DNA of 64,000 bases from Gnetum montanum (taxonomy: Eukaryota > Plantae > Gnetophyta), in NCBI GenBank assembly GCA_015680685.1, contig MNCI01002045.1:573172-637171 (forward strand), given 5' to 3'. Of this stretch, positions 12,840-24,599 are shown piece by piece. Below the pieces are notes generated by a model. It did not search any database and was not told where the DNA came from. It saw only the letters and a list, made by a program, of their open reading frames with translations. The number at the start of each line of letters is the position of its first letter. Positions within the stretch are counted from its first letter, which is position 1. The translations under genes were made by a program, and so were the position numbers.

Positions 12840-13150
12840 AAGCAAGTTAAGATTAGGTCTTGATTTTCATAATCTTAAGCATCGAAAAATTGTTAAACAA
12901 TGTCTTAACAGGAAGTACATTGGTGAATTCTTTAAGATAGGAGATCTAGTCTTTGAAAAAGGTAAAACATTTGACCAAGCAAATCTTCAAAGTAAGTTCT
13001 CTCTTATGTGGTTAGGCCCATTCTGAATTAAAGATGTCATTGGCCCCAATGTGTACAAGGTTGCTGATGTGCAAGGACATAAGTTACCCAGAAATTTTAA
13101 TGCATTCCATCCAAAGAATTTCTACTTAGGTGCCCCACGTGGACACCTAG
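12840..13150 (+). pseudogene. Integrase C-terminal (GPY/F) remnant of element C
   Basis: FKIGDLVFEK...SKFSLMWLGPF*IKDVIGPNVYKVADVQG...NAFHPKNFY. Confidence 0.8.
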
Positions 13151-13570
13151 TAGATTCTTAGTTGCATATTTTCTTCCTCTTCATCATGCATTTCATTTGT
13201 ATATAGTNTTTATACTATATATTTCAATAATGCATTGATTCTTCCCAGTCTTTTTCAAGGTTTTAGTTTGTATAGTTATGTTGGATTATGGAGTATGAGA
13301 TTTGTGCTAATTGATCATGTAATCATCATGATCATGTGAGTGTAGGATAGGTGATGTTGGAGAATGGTTAGCCATAATCACTAGGTGACCTTGGAAAATC
13401 CCACTTTCCCTCTCATAAGCCCTAGCCCTCAAGTGTGATGATCCATGGCTACCTTGTGAACAACGGGGTGAAGTGTGTTCATTTGCACTTGAGAACCCTT
13501 AGCCACCTAGGAGACTTGCTATGATGTTATCAAATTGTAATCTTTGTCCCACCTACTGGGCACATAGGTT

Positions 13571-14348
13571 CCACATGCTGACTAGTGTATGGAGTAGTGT
13601 GTGGAAATTTTTTACAAGTTTCTACTACTCAAAATAGCTTAAAATTTGACTAGTGGAACTTTGAAGATCTAAAGTGGAAGATAAGCCAATATTTGATCTT
13701 TTTTATATTCTTAAAAGCTAGTTTTGAGCCTTACAAGTTGGCTAGCATGCGGGACAATGTGTGGCCTTCAAATAAGATCTTACATAGCTTTTTATGGTGT
13801 TAATATAGTTATTTTTGACACAAAACACTAGACGTAGAACCAAAGACCTAGAGTAGCAAAAAGATTAATGGAAAAACCCCACAAGCTAAGATTTTAGCTT
13901 TCATACACTGTCAACATAGCTGAAACATGTTTGCTAGCATGTGGACTAGCTTGTGAGCCATATATAAGCCTTTTTCTAGTAAAAAATATTCTCAGAACTA
14001 CCATACAAGATGAAAAACCCTAGCTGTTGACATGAGAAGGCCTAGGAACCAAGAACTAAGTCACAAGCCTTCATAAGCTAGCTCTCTAGCTCCTACATGT
14101 TGGAAACCCATGTAACAAAGTGTGAGCTAGTGTGTAAGGCAAGAACAAGTTCAAAATTAGTCAAAAAAGCTTAAATGCTATATTTAAAAAATAAAAGGAA
14201 GCTTCAAATACCTAACACCCTTCTCCAAGACCTAGGCACTACTACAAGAGCTAGAAGAAAGCTCACAAACAAGGTAAAAGGCCCCCACAAGCTAGTTCAT
14301 GAGCCCTACATGATGACACCTAGGCTTCAAATGCTAGGTAGCATGTGG
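13571..14348 (+). repeat. Spaced 22-bp palindrome array in spacer of element A
   Basis: Cores at 13571, 13731, 13923, ~14093 and 14327 (e.g. CCACATGCTGACTAGTGTATGG) are mostly derivable by C>T/G>A from CCACACGCTGGCCAGCGTGTGG. Confidence 0.65.
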
Positions 14349-14773
14349 ACCAATGTACAAGGTAAACAGAAATAACAAATCAAGCTCAAACATTGCTAAA
14401 GCAGGTTCAACATGCCAAAAGCTTAACTCAAAGGGGTCACAAGCTACTCTAGTGGTTCCTACAAGCCAAGAACTATGCATAAATTGTTACCATGCTAAAA
14501 GAACAATTCATTCACATTGGGGAAAATAAGTTTTATCTTTTTCTAAATATTGTTAACATAAAAAATCACTTTTCTAGTAGTTTACTGCTACTTTTCAGAA
14601 GCTTTTTTTTTATTAATTTTTATTATTTTTTATTTTAACAATAAAAAATTTATTTTATCTTAATTTTTAACTATTTTGAAACTTTACAACTTTTTTCCAT
14701 ATCTTTTTACTAATTTTGATAGTTTACCACATATTTTCCTTAGTTTTTTTTTTTGCCAATTTGAAGAATTAGC

Positions 14774-16066
14774 TGTAACGATAGAAGACGTCGGTGGCTA
14801 GAAACACCAAGAGGTTTTCGGGTGCATAGCCTTACCCTAGATCCATGTGAGGGCCATGCTGGATAAAATAGAAACAGGGTGCCCTGAACAGTTTGATCGA
14901 TCAGACATGGACTTAATCGGTGTACAATAACCCTTTTCCAAACAATAAAAGAAAACACAATGTGCATAGTAGTAGAAATGTGCTAAAGTGCGTAAAAGGG
15001 TAGTGAACATGATTTAATGCTTAACAATGCCAAATAAATACTATGATTAGCCAAAAAGAGATTTTGAATAGAAAGATACACCACCCTAAAAAAGGGTACA
15101 GGTATACAAAGTGTACAATAGGCATAGTAGGAGCAGAATCATAGCCTCGGTGGTATCGGGCTGTGAAATCTGGTGCTCACTGTGATAAATTGTGCCTCCT
15201 GGGTCTGTGGTCATAGTATACCATGTGATGTTGCACATTGTGATAAAATGTGCCTCTTGTGTTAGTGGTCATAGTATACCATGTGATGTAGTTGTGCCTC
15301 TCTGTCGGTGTGGTATGCTTTGGGTCTCATTCGCCCATGGAGCTAAGTGCCAAAATGCTAAAATGCCAAAATGCCAAAATGGAAATGCCAACTGCTTTTT
15401 TCCAGCGAGGAAATTGAAGCCTTTCCCCCTTTTTCTCCTCATTTTTTAAAGAGGGTGCAGAGGTATTTATAGGGCTAGGGTTAGCACAAAATGCAGATTT
15501 GGCTCCACGTGGTAGTGCAGTAGGTAACAACATGTAACAACAAGTAACAACGTGTAACAGTGCGTAACAGCATAGCGTAACGGGGTGCTACGCTACGCAC
15601 TATAGCAGGGTGCTACGTTAGCACTGTAGCAGGGTGCTACGCTATGCTACGCTACGCAGCATAAGAAGGTGCTATGCTAGCAGTGTAGCAGGGTGCTACG
15701 CTAGCACTATAGTACGGTGCTACACTATACTACGCTACTCAGTGTAGCAAGGTGCTATGTTATGCATTGTAGTAGGGTGCTACGCTACATAGTGTAGTAG
15801 GGTGCTACGCTATGCTATGCTATGCAGTGTAGCAAGGTGCTACACTATGCATTGTAGTTAGGGTGCTACGCTAGCACTATAGCAGGATGCTACACTAGCA
15901 CTGTAGCAGGGGCACTATGCTATGCTACGCTACGTAGTGTAGTAAGGTGCTACGCTAGCACTGTAGCAAGTTGCTACACTATGCTAGGCTATGCAGCATA
16001 GCAACACGTAACACTTAGCTAGATTTGCAGTTGCAATGCCGAGACCCGAACTTTTGTGGTGTTTCA
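14774..16066 (-). mobile_element. Solo LTR H (TGAAACACC...GTTACA family)
   Basis: Minus-strand termini TGAAACACCACAAAAGTTCGGGTCTCGGC...TATCGTTACA resemble the G LTR termini. Perfect TSD TTAGC at 14769-14773 and 16067-16071. Confidence 0.93.
15575..16003. repeat. ~24/34-bp tandem repeat of dyad GCTACGCT-AGC-A(G/C)TGTAGC in solo LTR H
   Basis: About 15 visible units of GGGTGCTACGCTAGCACTGTAGCA with optional extra GCTAC/GCTAT pentamers. Confidence 0.92.
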
Positions 16067-16744
16067 TTAGCAACCTATTTTTTTCAAGTTTTTACCTATT
16101 TGGAAATTTATAATTTATAATTTATTTTTACTAGTTTTTTCTTTTAAAAAATATTAACTAAATTTAAATTATGTTTACCATTTCTAGCCTGGTGCAACCT
16201 CAAATGACCAAGTTTGACCTAGTAAACATCATTTGATATCATTTCTTGATGACATTTTATACCATTTTTGATACCATTCAACCTTATTTGACCCTCGACA
16301 TTATTTTGCCTCATTTTGGCATCATTTGGTATCATTTGATGTCATTTTTCACAATTTTGACTTGATTTGATCATATTGGAGACCTTTGAATATCATTTTC
16401 TTAATTTAACATTATTTCTTCATTATGAAAACTTCATTTGATGTCTCTTGTGTCATTTTGAATCATTTAAACCCTTTTTGATGTCATTTTTTATAATATT
16501 ATATCATTTTGACATCATTTAGCCTAATTTTGACACATTTTAATGATATTTGACCTTGTTTCATCTTCATTTGGCATAACTGAATATCATTTGGTATTAT
16601 TTTCAATTATTTATGATATTAATTGGCCTCATTGTACTTTGTTTTACCTTGTCTTGACATTATTATGCTCCATGGTGTTTTATTACTATGTCATTTTGCA
16701 TTAGTTTAGCATTGTTGAGAAAATCTTATTGTACAAATGCCACT

Positions 16745-19700
16745 TAATGTGCTTTTGGTTGATGTATAGGGCTAGAACATGGGTACATGGACACAATTTA
16801 GCTTACATTTGAACTTGAGTAGACCCTACGGTGACATGGAGTGTTGCTTGAATAGATATTCAAAACCCTTGACCTTGAGGTTGGTGACCTTACTGAGGAC
16901 TTTGTAGCTAAGTTTCCTATCATAACACACAATGGTAAGGAGAAAATGCTAAAACTAATTTCCTCACTAGAACAACAACATGCTTAAGACATCACCAAGG
17001 TCCTTTAAAGCAACATTAAGACCTTTGCTTAGTTGTACAAGGATATGCTAGGTCTTGACCCATGATTAATGCAACATAACATATTCTATCCTAGTGTCAA
17101 ATAAAAGGTTCACAAAATTATAATAAACTTAGCCGTGGAAGTTTGTGATGAGATCATGAAACTTTACCAAGCTAGTTTCATCCAAGCTATTGATTATGTT
17201 GATTGGGTGTCTAACATAGTGGTAGTCCCCAAGAAAAATGGGATCATTCATATTTGTATAGATTTTTGAGATCTCAATAAGGTAATTATTAAAGATGATT
17301 TTTTATGACCTAGCATTAATCAACTTATTGATACCATGACTGGACTTATCTTGTTGTTCTTCATGGATGGATTCTTAGGATACAACCAAGTTAGGATCAA
17401 TCTAGAGCATTAACTCTACTAGACTTGCATGACTCCTTGGGAAATATTTTGTTATATCATGATGCCATTTGGTCTAAATAATGTAGGCATGACCTATCAA
17501 TGAGCCATGACCTACATATTTAGTGATTACATGCTAGGGTTGCTTAATGATAATGCTGATGACATAGTGGTCAAGTCCAATATAACCAATGACCATGCAC
17601 ATGATCTTAACTTAGTACTCCAATAGTGCTTATAGTATGAACTTATACTTAATCCTAAGAAGTATGTCTTTGACATTAAAATTGGTAAAATGCTTAGTTT
17701 TGTATTATTTAAAGTAAGGATATGTGCCAATATTGATTAGGTTAAGGACATAACCAACTTGGTAGTACTGACTAATCTTAAGGAGCTATGAGGACTAAAA
17801 GGTAGATTGTAATTTATTCATAGATTCATCTTAAGACTTATAGATAATCTACAACCCATGAAACACTTATTTGAGAAGGTAGTTCACTATGAGTGGATTG
17901 ACCAATGCTAAGAAGTCTTTGATAATATTAAGCAAAGGTTAACTCAACTATGCATTGTGTACCCACCATAGAAGGAAAAATCATTTTATATATACCTTGC
18001 AATATATGATGTGTCCACAGCCTCTCTACTTTGTCAAAAAGAAGATGATGGAGCAGAGCTACCCATTTACTACTTGAATCATGCATTAATAGCCTACAAA
18101 ACCTTATACCTAGAGGTTGAGAAATATTGCCTAGCCCTAGTCTTCTCCTTGAAGAAGTGGAGATATTACTTTTTCTAGAAGCCAAGTCAACATCATATGT
18201 AAAGATAATGTACTAAGATCCAACTAATATATACAAGAGTAGCCAAATAGCTCAGTGAAAGGTCATAACCGTTAAGTTTGAGTTGCATTACATCTCCCAA
18301 GCCTTAACAAAAGGTCATGTTATAGCCATGTAACTTACAAATTCCTCGATTGAGGACAACACATCCATCAATCCAAAGTTTCCCTATGAACACATCAACA
18401 TTGTTAATGAAGTACCCAAAGGTTATGAGGCCATCATGCACTTTGATGGAGCTTCAATTTCCCATGGAGCTAGTGCTGCTACAATCATAATATCATCATT
18501 TGGTGAGACACAAACTTTGACTACTGTTTCCATTTTGATGTACTAAAAATATAGTAGAATATGAATGGTTAATAAGAGAAATGATGGTAGCTCATAGCCA
18601 AGAAATCAAAATTTTGATGATAAAGGATGATTCACAACTCATGGTTAACTTGGTGAATAAGGTCTACACATGTAAAGCCAAACATTTACAACCTTAATAT
18701 GACCTAGTCAAGAACCTCATGCTACAATTTACAGATGTTGTCATTAAACACATACCTTGAACTAAGAATACCTTAGTTGATGACATTGCAACCTTGGCTC
18801 TTAGTGTAACACTAGATGTGTTTAGCAAGTTACCTTCCTTGATGGAGAACTATGCTCTTTCCATCACATAGAACACTAAAGGCACCTCTATAGTGACTAT
18901 TGACAATGTTCCTCAACAAGAGTGGTATGACAATACCAAATTTCATCCAATGCATGGTGAAACTCAATAGAACCTAACTACTTTTCAAAAGAATGATGTA
19001 CATAAAAGATCAAGATAATATGTCATTACAACCGATAACACATTATTTCAAAGGTCCTATGATGGCATATTATTGCTGTGCTTGAGAAAAACTAAAGCTC
19101 ACATAGTCCTTCAATAGGTTCAAAAAGGTGAATGTGGAGGACATATAGGACCTAGAGACATGGCCATAAATATTAGATGATTAGGATACTATTGACCCTA
19201 TATGGAAAGTAACTACTTGCAAAAGGTTAAAACTTGTGATACTTGTTAATGTCACAATAACTTAATACATGTACCATCAATTGAGTTACATACTAATAAG
19301 ATCATATGGCATTTTCAACCATGGGAAATTAACATTATTGGACCTATAAGGCCTAAGACTTTCATAGAGAAAAGCTTCATCATCTTCAGAACTAAATATT
19401 TTACAAGGTGGGCTTAAGCTATTCCAGTTAGGAAAATAATGTTTCAACATGTTTGTAAATTCATATTAAGCATACCCTTAACTATAGTCATAAACAATGA
19501 ACCATAGTTTAGTAGCTAGAAAACACAAACCTTTTATCAAAAATTAAGCATCAAATATTTCTTTTCATCATTATACTACCCACAAGCCAATGGACCTGCT
19601 AAAGCTAGCAACAAGATCATCATAAATCTTCTAAAAAGATGCCAAATAATAATAGATGAAAGTAGCATGAACAACTAGTGCACACACTTTGGGCATACAT

Positions 19701-20148
19701 AAAAACCTTTACAACTATAATTAGAGCCACCTCATATAGCCTTGTTTAGGAATTTGAAGCTATTTTACCTCTTGAATTATAGGTGCCATCCTTGAAGGTA
19801 GCTCTATATGATTTAATTAATGATGAGTAGAACAAGGAGCTATGTATCATTGACATTAATTTAGTGAAGGAGTAATGAATACAAATCCTTGCTCATGTCA
19901 AATGAAACCAAGAGAGGAAAAAACAATAGCATCTTTAGGATATAAATAAATAAAAAGTCATGAAATATGTCCTTATCCTTAAAGCCATTTGTGAACATGC
20001 AGACAAGTTCTTGGCCAATTGGGAAGGACCTTTCTTGATCACCAAAGCTTATGTTAATGGAGACTAAGCATTCAACCTTGCAAATATGGATGGGAATGAA
20101 TTGGCCAACCTGGACAACCATTTCTATCTCAAACCTTATTATATTTAA
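16745..20148 (+). pseudogene. pol: pol of element A (RT-RNase H-archaeal-type RNase H-integrase), heavily decayed
   Basis: WVSNIVVVPKKNG..ICIDF, FMDGFLGYNQ, MPFGLNN, aRH MHFDGAS...EYE...DSQL, integrase CGGHIG, YYPQANGPAKASNK, WEGPF. Confidence 0.92.
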
Positions 20149-21255
20149 CACTAACATATTCTTCTATAGTTCTTTTTTTTTAATTTTTAGGTATGGATGA
20201 ATGATTAATATCAATGATCTTTGTAGCCTACAAAAAGTGAGCTAGTTTGACCTCTCATCTCTCTCTTTTTGGAATAACAAGATACTACATACTTTATATA
20301 AGTCTACAAAACAAAATATAGATTTCTCATGTGATACAAATTATAACCTATGGTGGCCTGTATTCTACTTGTTTTCTCATATTACTGTATGCAATCTTTT
20401 ATAAGCACATGAATTCTTTAACGTATCTTCTTGTCCTCTTGGAGTTGTGCTTGTAGGATGAAGCATAAGGTCATCACAAGGATGCAACTCATCATGGTAG
20501 TGAGTTATCACATGACCTTGATATAAGAGATTTAGGTAGCTTGTCCAATTTTGCTAAGAGTGTTTACCTTACATCACTTCAGTTACTCCTTTTGAGTCAT
20601 AATCCTATAGCCAAATTACAACCTTCATTATCCTAATAACAATGAAAACCTATGTTTGACATTCATGTATTGTGATCACATGACATATCATTTGAAATAC
20701 TCCACCATCAAGTTCATTGAATGTAACACATCTCATATAATGAAAAAACAAACAAAATTTATCCTTGACAATAAAACCCAATGAAGGTTTCACCCAAAAA
20801 AAAAAAAGGAAAATCAAATTACCAAGAAATCCAAGAGGCCAATGAAGCCTAAAGTCAAATTAAAGGCTCCAAAAAAATAAACGAAGAAGCCTGATGGACA
20901 AAGAAGCCCATGAGTGGAGTGTTGGTTCCTCTAACACATTATTAAATAACCAATAGTTTGAACACAAATCATGAAGAACTCCTCGATTAACAAGCATGTC
21001 ACCACCATACCGTAGCCATGATGTCAACATTTGGAATCTATTATTGACCCATGTGATTATTTTTTGATAATCAATATAGCCTTTACCTCATCTCAAAATT
21101 ATGACGTTTAATCATGATCTTAGTTTGTCATTGTGAGAAATTTTGAGCATGGTTTGATAGCTATAGAAATAAGCATGGAGAAGGAGCATTGGTGATGAAC
21201 CTATGGTGGTGTTTCACATTCTTCAATGATCTCTTAGGTTAATCTTCAAAACATC

Positions 21256-21271
21256 AACAAAGAGGAGCCAA
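21256..21271 (+). promoter_or_regulatory. PPT of element A
   Basis: AACAAAGAGGAGCCAA immediately before TGAAAC; equivalent to B PPT 56933-56945. Confidence 0.75.
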
Positions 21272-21744
21272 TGAAACATCTCAAACAAATTCAAATAGAA
21301 GATAACTTCATTGTAAGAACTTTTAAATCATTTTTCATTGGGATGAATTTGAGACTTTCAGGGAAGTGCAAATCTCTAAGAGTTTACAACCATTTCTTTC
21401 TTAGAGTAGATCAATGTACCAGAGAAAACTGTGACAAGAAAAGTCCAAAGAGTATATCATATGAGATATTAGAAGTTAGATCTGATTGTAGAACACATCA
21501 TGCTATTATCATCAAATTTCAAGAATTTTATTTAAGCTCTCATGTATTGGAAGCTTACAACTTATATTCTCTAAAATTTTGTTTCAATGAATTTTTCTCT
21601 ATTCTAATACAAGTTTGTAGTATCTATTGTTTGCTACACTTTCCTTATATTTTTCTATACTTGAATCTAGCATTTAGACTACCATTTCATACGCTTTTAA
21701 TTTTTATTTCATATTTTGATAGAAAATATTTAGTTCCTTAATCA
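21272..21744 (+). repeat. 3' LTR of element A (right end tentative)
   Basis: Starts TGAAAC after the PPT and ends ...AATCA where D coding remnants begin. The partner LTR is outside the window. Confidence 0.55.
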
Positions 21745-24470
21745 ATTGGCAAGGCCTTTTGAGGTGCTTTGGATCCTTTTTTGAGGCCTGTGAATCTAGG
21801 GTTAAATTGTTTCACATGAAAATTCTTGATCTTCTAGCATTGATTGTTTCAATTGGTATACTCTTAGGGATCACTCATTCTTTTGGCTAGGTTATTAGCA
21901 ATAGATTGGTGATTGATGAACTCTCTCTTGAGAACCTTTAGATCTACATTAACGACATTCAACTTTTGCTTTGTCTCATTATGGAACTTAAACCATGCCT
22001 TGTAAAGGATGTAAGATCAACCTACTTTTCTAATTCACTCCAAGGCCTCTTTCTGATTAGCATTGTCAAGTTTACATAATAGAGGTTGACAAGATTCATA
22101 TACTTAGTCATCTTCTTGATTTATAAGTTCTTCTTGTGGATCTTTACTTAATTGTATGCATTGAGTCAATCAAAGATGGACTATCATGCATTGCTTTGTT
22201 GTTAGAGTTGCTAGATGGCCTTGGTTACCTTTAGCTTGACCAACTTTATTTCTTTCTTGTTGATTTTATTAATCCTTTTTACCTATTACCTATACTAAAC
22301 TTTCACTCTTTTAAAATTTCGAGTTTTATTTTTCTAGGCAGCAATCTCAATAGCAATTTTTTGGCAAAGGTTCTAAGCCTCTTCCATTGAGAGATTTCTA
22401 TTCATTTTAGCAAATCTTCTTAGATCCAAATTTACCTTTCCATGTTATTCTTGCTATTTTTGAATGTATTCTACTAGCTATTATTTTTGGTTCTTAGTAT
22501 TTTGTAGGTAGTGGTTATCACAGGAAAGCATGAAGTTTTCCTTGCAAACTTTTGAGAGATCATGATTAATGTTATTAACTATTGCATTTGAACTTGATGC
22601 TTCAAGGATCATCATTTCCTTTACATTCTTAGCCTCTTGGTACTTTTGTTTAAGCTACTAAAAATCTTCATTTCTTGTTAGTTTGGCCTAATAATTTTTG
22701 GATTGGAAAGACACACTCTTAATTTTGCAACCTTGGTAGCTAGCCATAAATTACTAGGATGGCCTCCTCGAGTTATGCATTGGAAATGAGTAAATTTATC
22801 TTTATCTTTCACAACTATGATTAGGTTGTTCATATATCATTTGGTAGATCAAAGATCTCTGGAAGTGGTTTCTTGACTCCCATGAGTTATTCCAACATTT
22901 CTTCATGTTGAACAGTGCTCATTCTTTTGCTCCTTACTCTTGCTAATGTATGTATGTCTGCCATAGTACTAATATTTGGTACAGATGAAGTAGATGCATT
23001 GAGAGCTTCTTCAACTTGGTCTACGATCACCTCTACTACTATATCCTAGCCTCTTTGTGTTATGACCAAGACTGTCACCCCTTCTCCTTCTTGTAGTATG
23101 AAAAAAGAAGGCTATTGCATTCCCCAATATTTTAGAAAATTCTTATCTTGGAATGGACACAATGAATTCTCTAGTACTAGGATTGGATTGAATAAGTCCT
23201 TGGTTTCTCTATGCTAAGAATAGTAGTACTACCTCATTTTCTACCTAGCTAATGTTCATTACAATCTTGTTCAAGTGGCTCATGGTTGGATTGTATATGG
23301 ATGATTCCCTACCATCTCTAGAGTCTTGTTTTTTGCTATAGTTATTACTCTTAGAGTTTTCTAAGTAGTTCAATAGCTACAAGAATTTCTAGTATTATTT
23401 ATGGTGCTATAGGTGGTGGTGGTGGTGGATATTCCTCTTCTTATAACTTGGTGATAGCTTTGTCCTTCATCATCTCCTAATATGATGCAGTAGGAGTGCG
23501 GTATATCAAATAATTATAATAGAAAGATAGTCCTACCCTCTTACATAATTTATTGATTAAGCACAGGAAGAGAAGTGTCTTCCTATCCTCATTTTTTTTG
23601 AACCATTTTTTGATTTCAAGGAATATGAGTTACAACAGGTTGATAGAAAATTTCTTGCTTAGAACCATACATGCCCTAGTAGAGAAGGTTGTAACCTTAC
23701 TTAGCCTTATCCTTGGATTGAGGTGATAGGCTACAATCTTGAAGTAGGCTTTCTTCACCTTTTTTAGGGCACTATCATCCTTATGGTCCTCTCCATAGCA
23801 TCATTGGATCCACTCCTTCTTGTCCTCTAGGTCAACTTGCATGGATATTTATGATAATTTTGCTATAGTATTTAGCAAACTAAGAGCTTCACCAATGGCC
23901 TCAACTAAGTGGGAGCTAGTAATGTCCTTGATTTTGATTGAGGCATCTCCTTGTTGGTTGTTCCAAAAGAGGTAGATTTATTTTATGTATCATTCCCTAT
24001 TGTTTGAGAGAATAGGCCATTGAGGAGACCTTTGTAGTTGTGTTTGGACTTATTTTGGTAACATCTTTAAGAATGAACTAAAGTTTAGCTTCTACAGGAT
24101 GAAGATTTACATATTCTTGGTTCAAATCCTTTTCAAGAAGGCTTTAGTAAGCATGACCTCCAAGTAAGATCTTGGTCTTAAGACCTCATCCCTCCTAGAT
24201 AGGCCTGTCTCTATAGTAGGAGTTTACTTGACAGATTTCACCTTAGGCTTTTCCTGTAAGGATTTGGTAGCATGTGTAGCTTTGGCTTCTTATTCCTAAG
24301 ATTGTTGTTGTTATTGGATCTTTCCTTCTTATGGTCACTTCTCCCTAGGCTATGATGGCCTTCCTACCTATGGTCCTCTTTTGGGTATCATCTATGATCA
24401 CAAACATGACCCTGGATTAGCTCTTGATCATAACCTTTGTTTCCTTTAAATACCTTTCTTGTTGGACTAT
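21745..24470 (-). pseudogene. Extra sense-strand ORF of D: Athila-ORF2/'putative plant transposon protein' (Transposase_32)-like domain plus coiled-coil tail
   Basis: Conceptual translation includes AYHLNPRIRLSKVTTFSTRACMVLSKKFSINLL*LIFLEI...TLLFLCLINKLCKRVG, resembling the LPFPxLITxLC motif. It is followed by Pro-rich and E/K/Q-rich segments. Ends are approximate. Confidence 0.6.
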
Positions 24471-24599
24471 TAATTTCTTATTTAATGATTATAGGATTAT
24501 GATATTATTTTATTTTCATTCTAGTAGAGTTTAATTATTGATATTGATTCTTTTGATCATTAACAGAATATTATTTATTATGTTATTTATGAAAGTTAG

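Larger units (their letters stand above)
8668..13550 (+). mobile_element. Element C: non-autonomous Ty3/gypsy (LTR-PBS-gag-PR-integrase C-terminus), no 3' LTR seen
   Basis: LTR TGATG...CATCA (8668-9712), tRNA-Asn PBS, gag, protease LMDSGATVSVMP, then only the integrase tail (GDLV...WLGPF). The right boundary is approximate, where A-type spacer motifs resume. Confidence 0.75.
1..21744 (+). mobile_element. Element A: Ty3/gypsy Tat-type LTR retrotransposon, 3' part (antisense accessory gene, spacer, pol, 3' LTR); 5' half lies upstream of the window; contains three nested insertions
   Basis: Colinear with element B: antisense gene (1-2812), palindrome-containing spacer, pol (~16745-20148), 3' UTR similar to B 55865-56945, PPT, then TGAAAC-starting LTR at 21272. 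The right end is inferred from ...AATCA and the switch to element D sequence. Confidence 0.7.

Noticed and set aside
21271-21741. 156-aa ORF
   Set aside because: Coincides with A's putative 3' LTR; low complexity and no recognisable motif.
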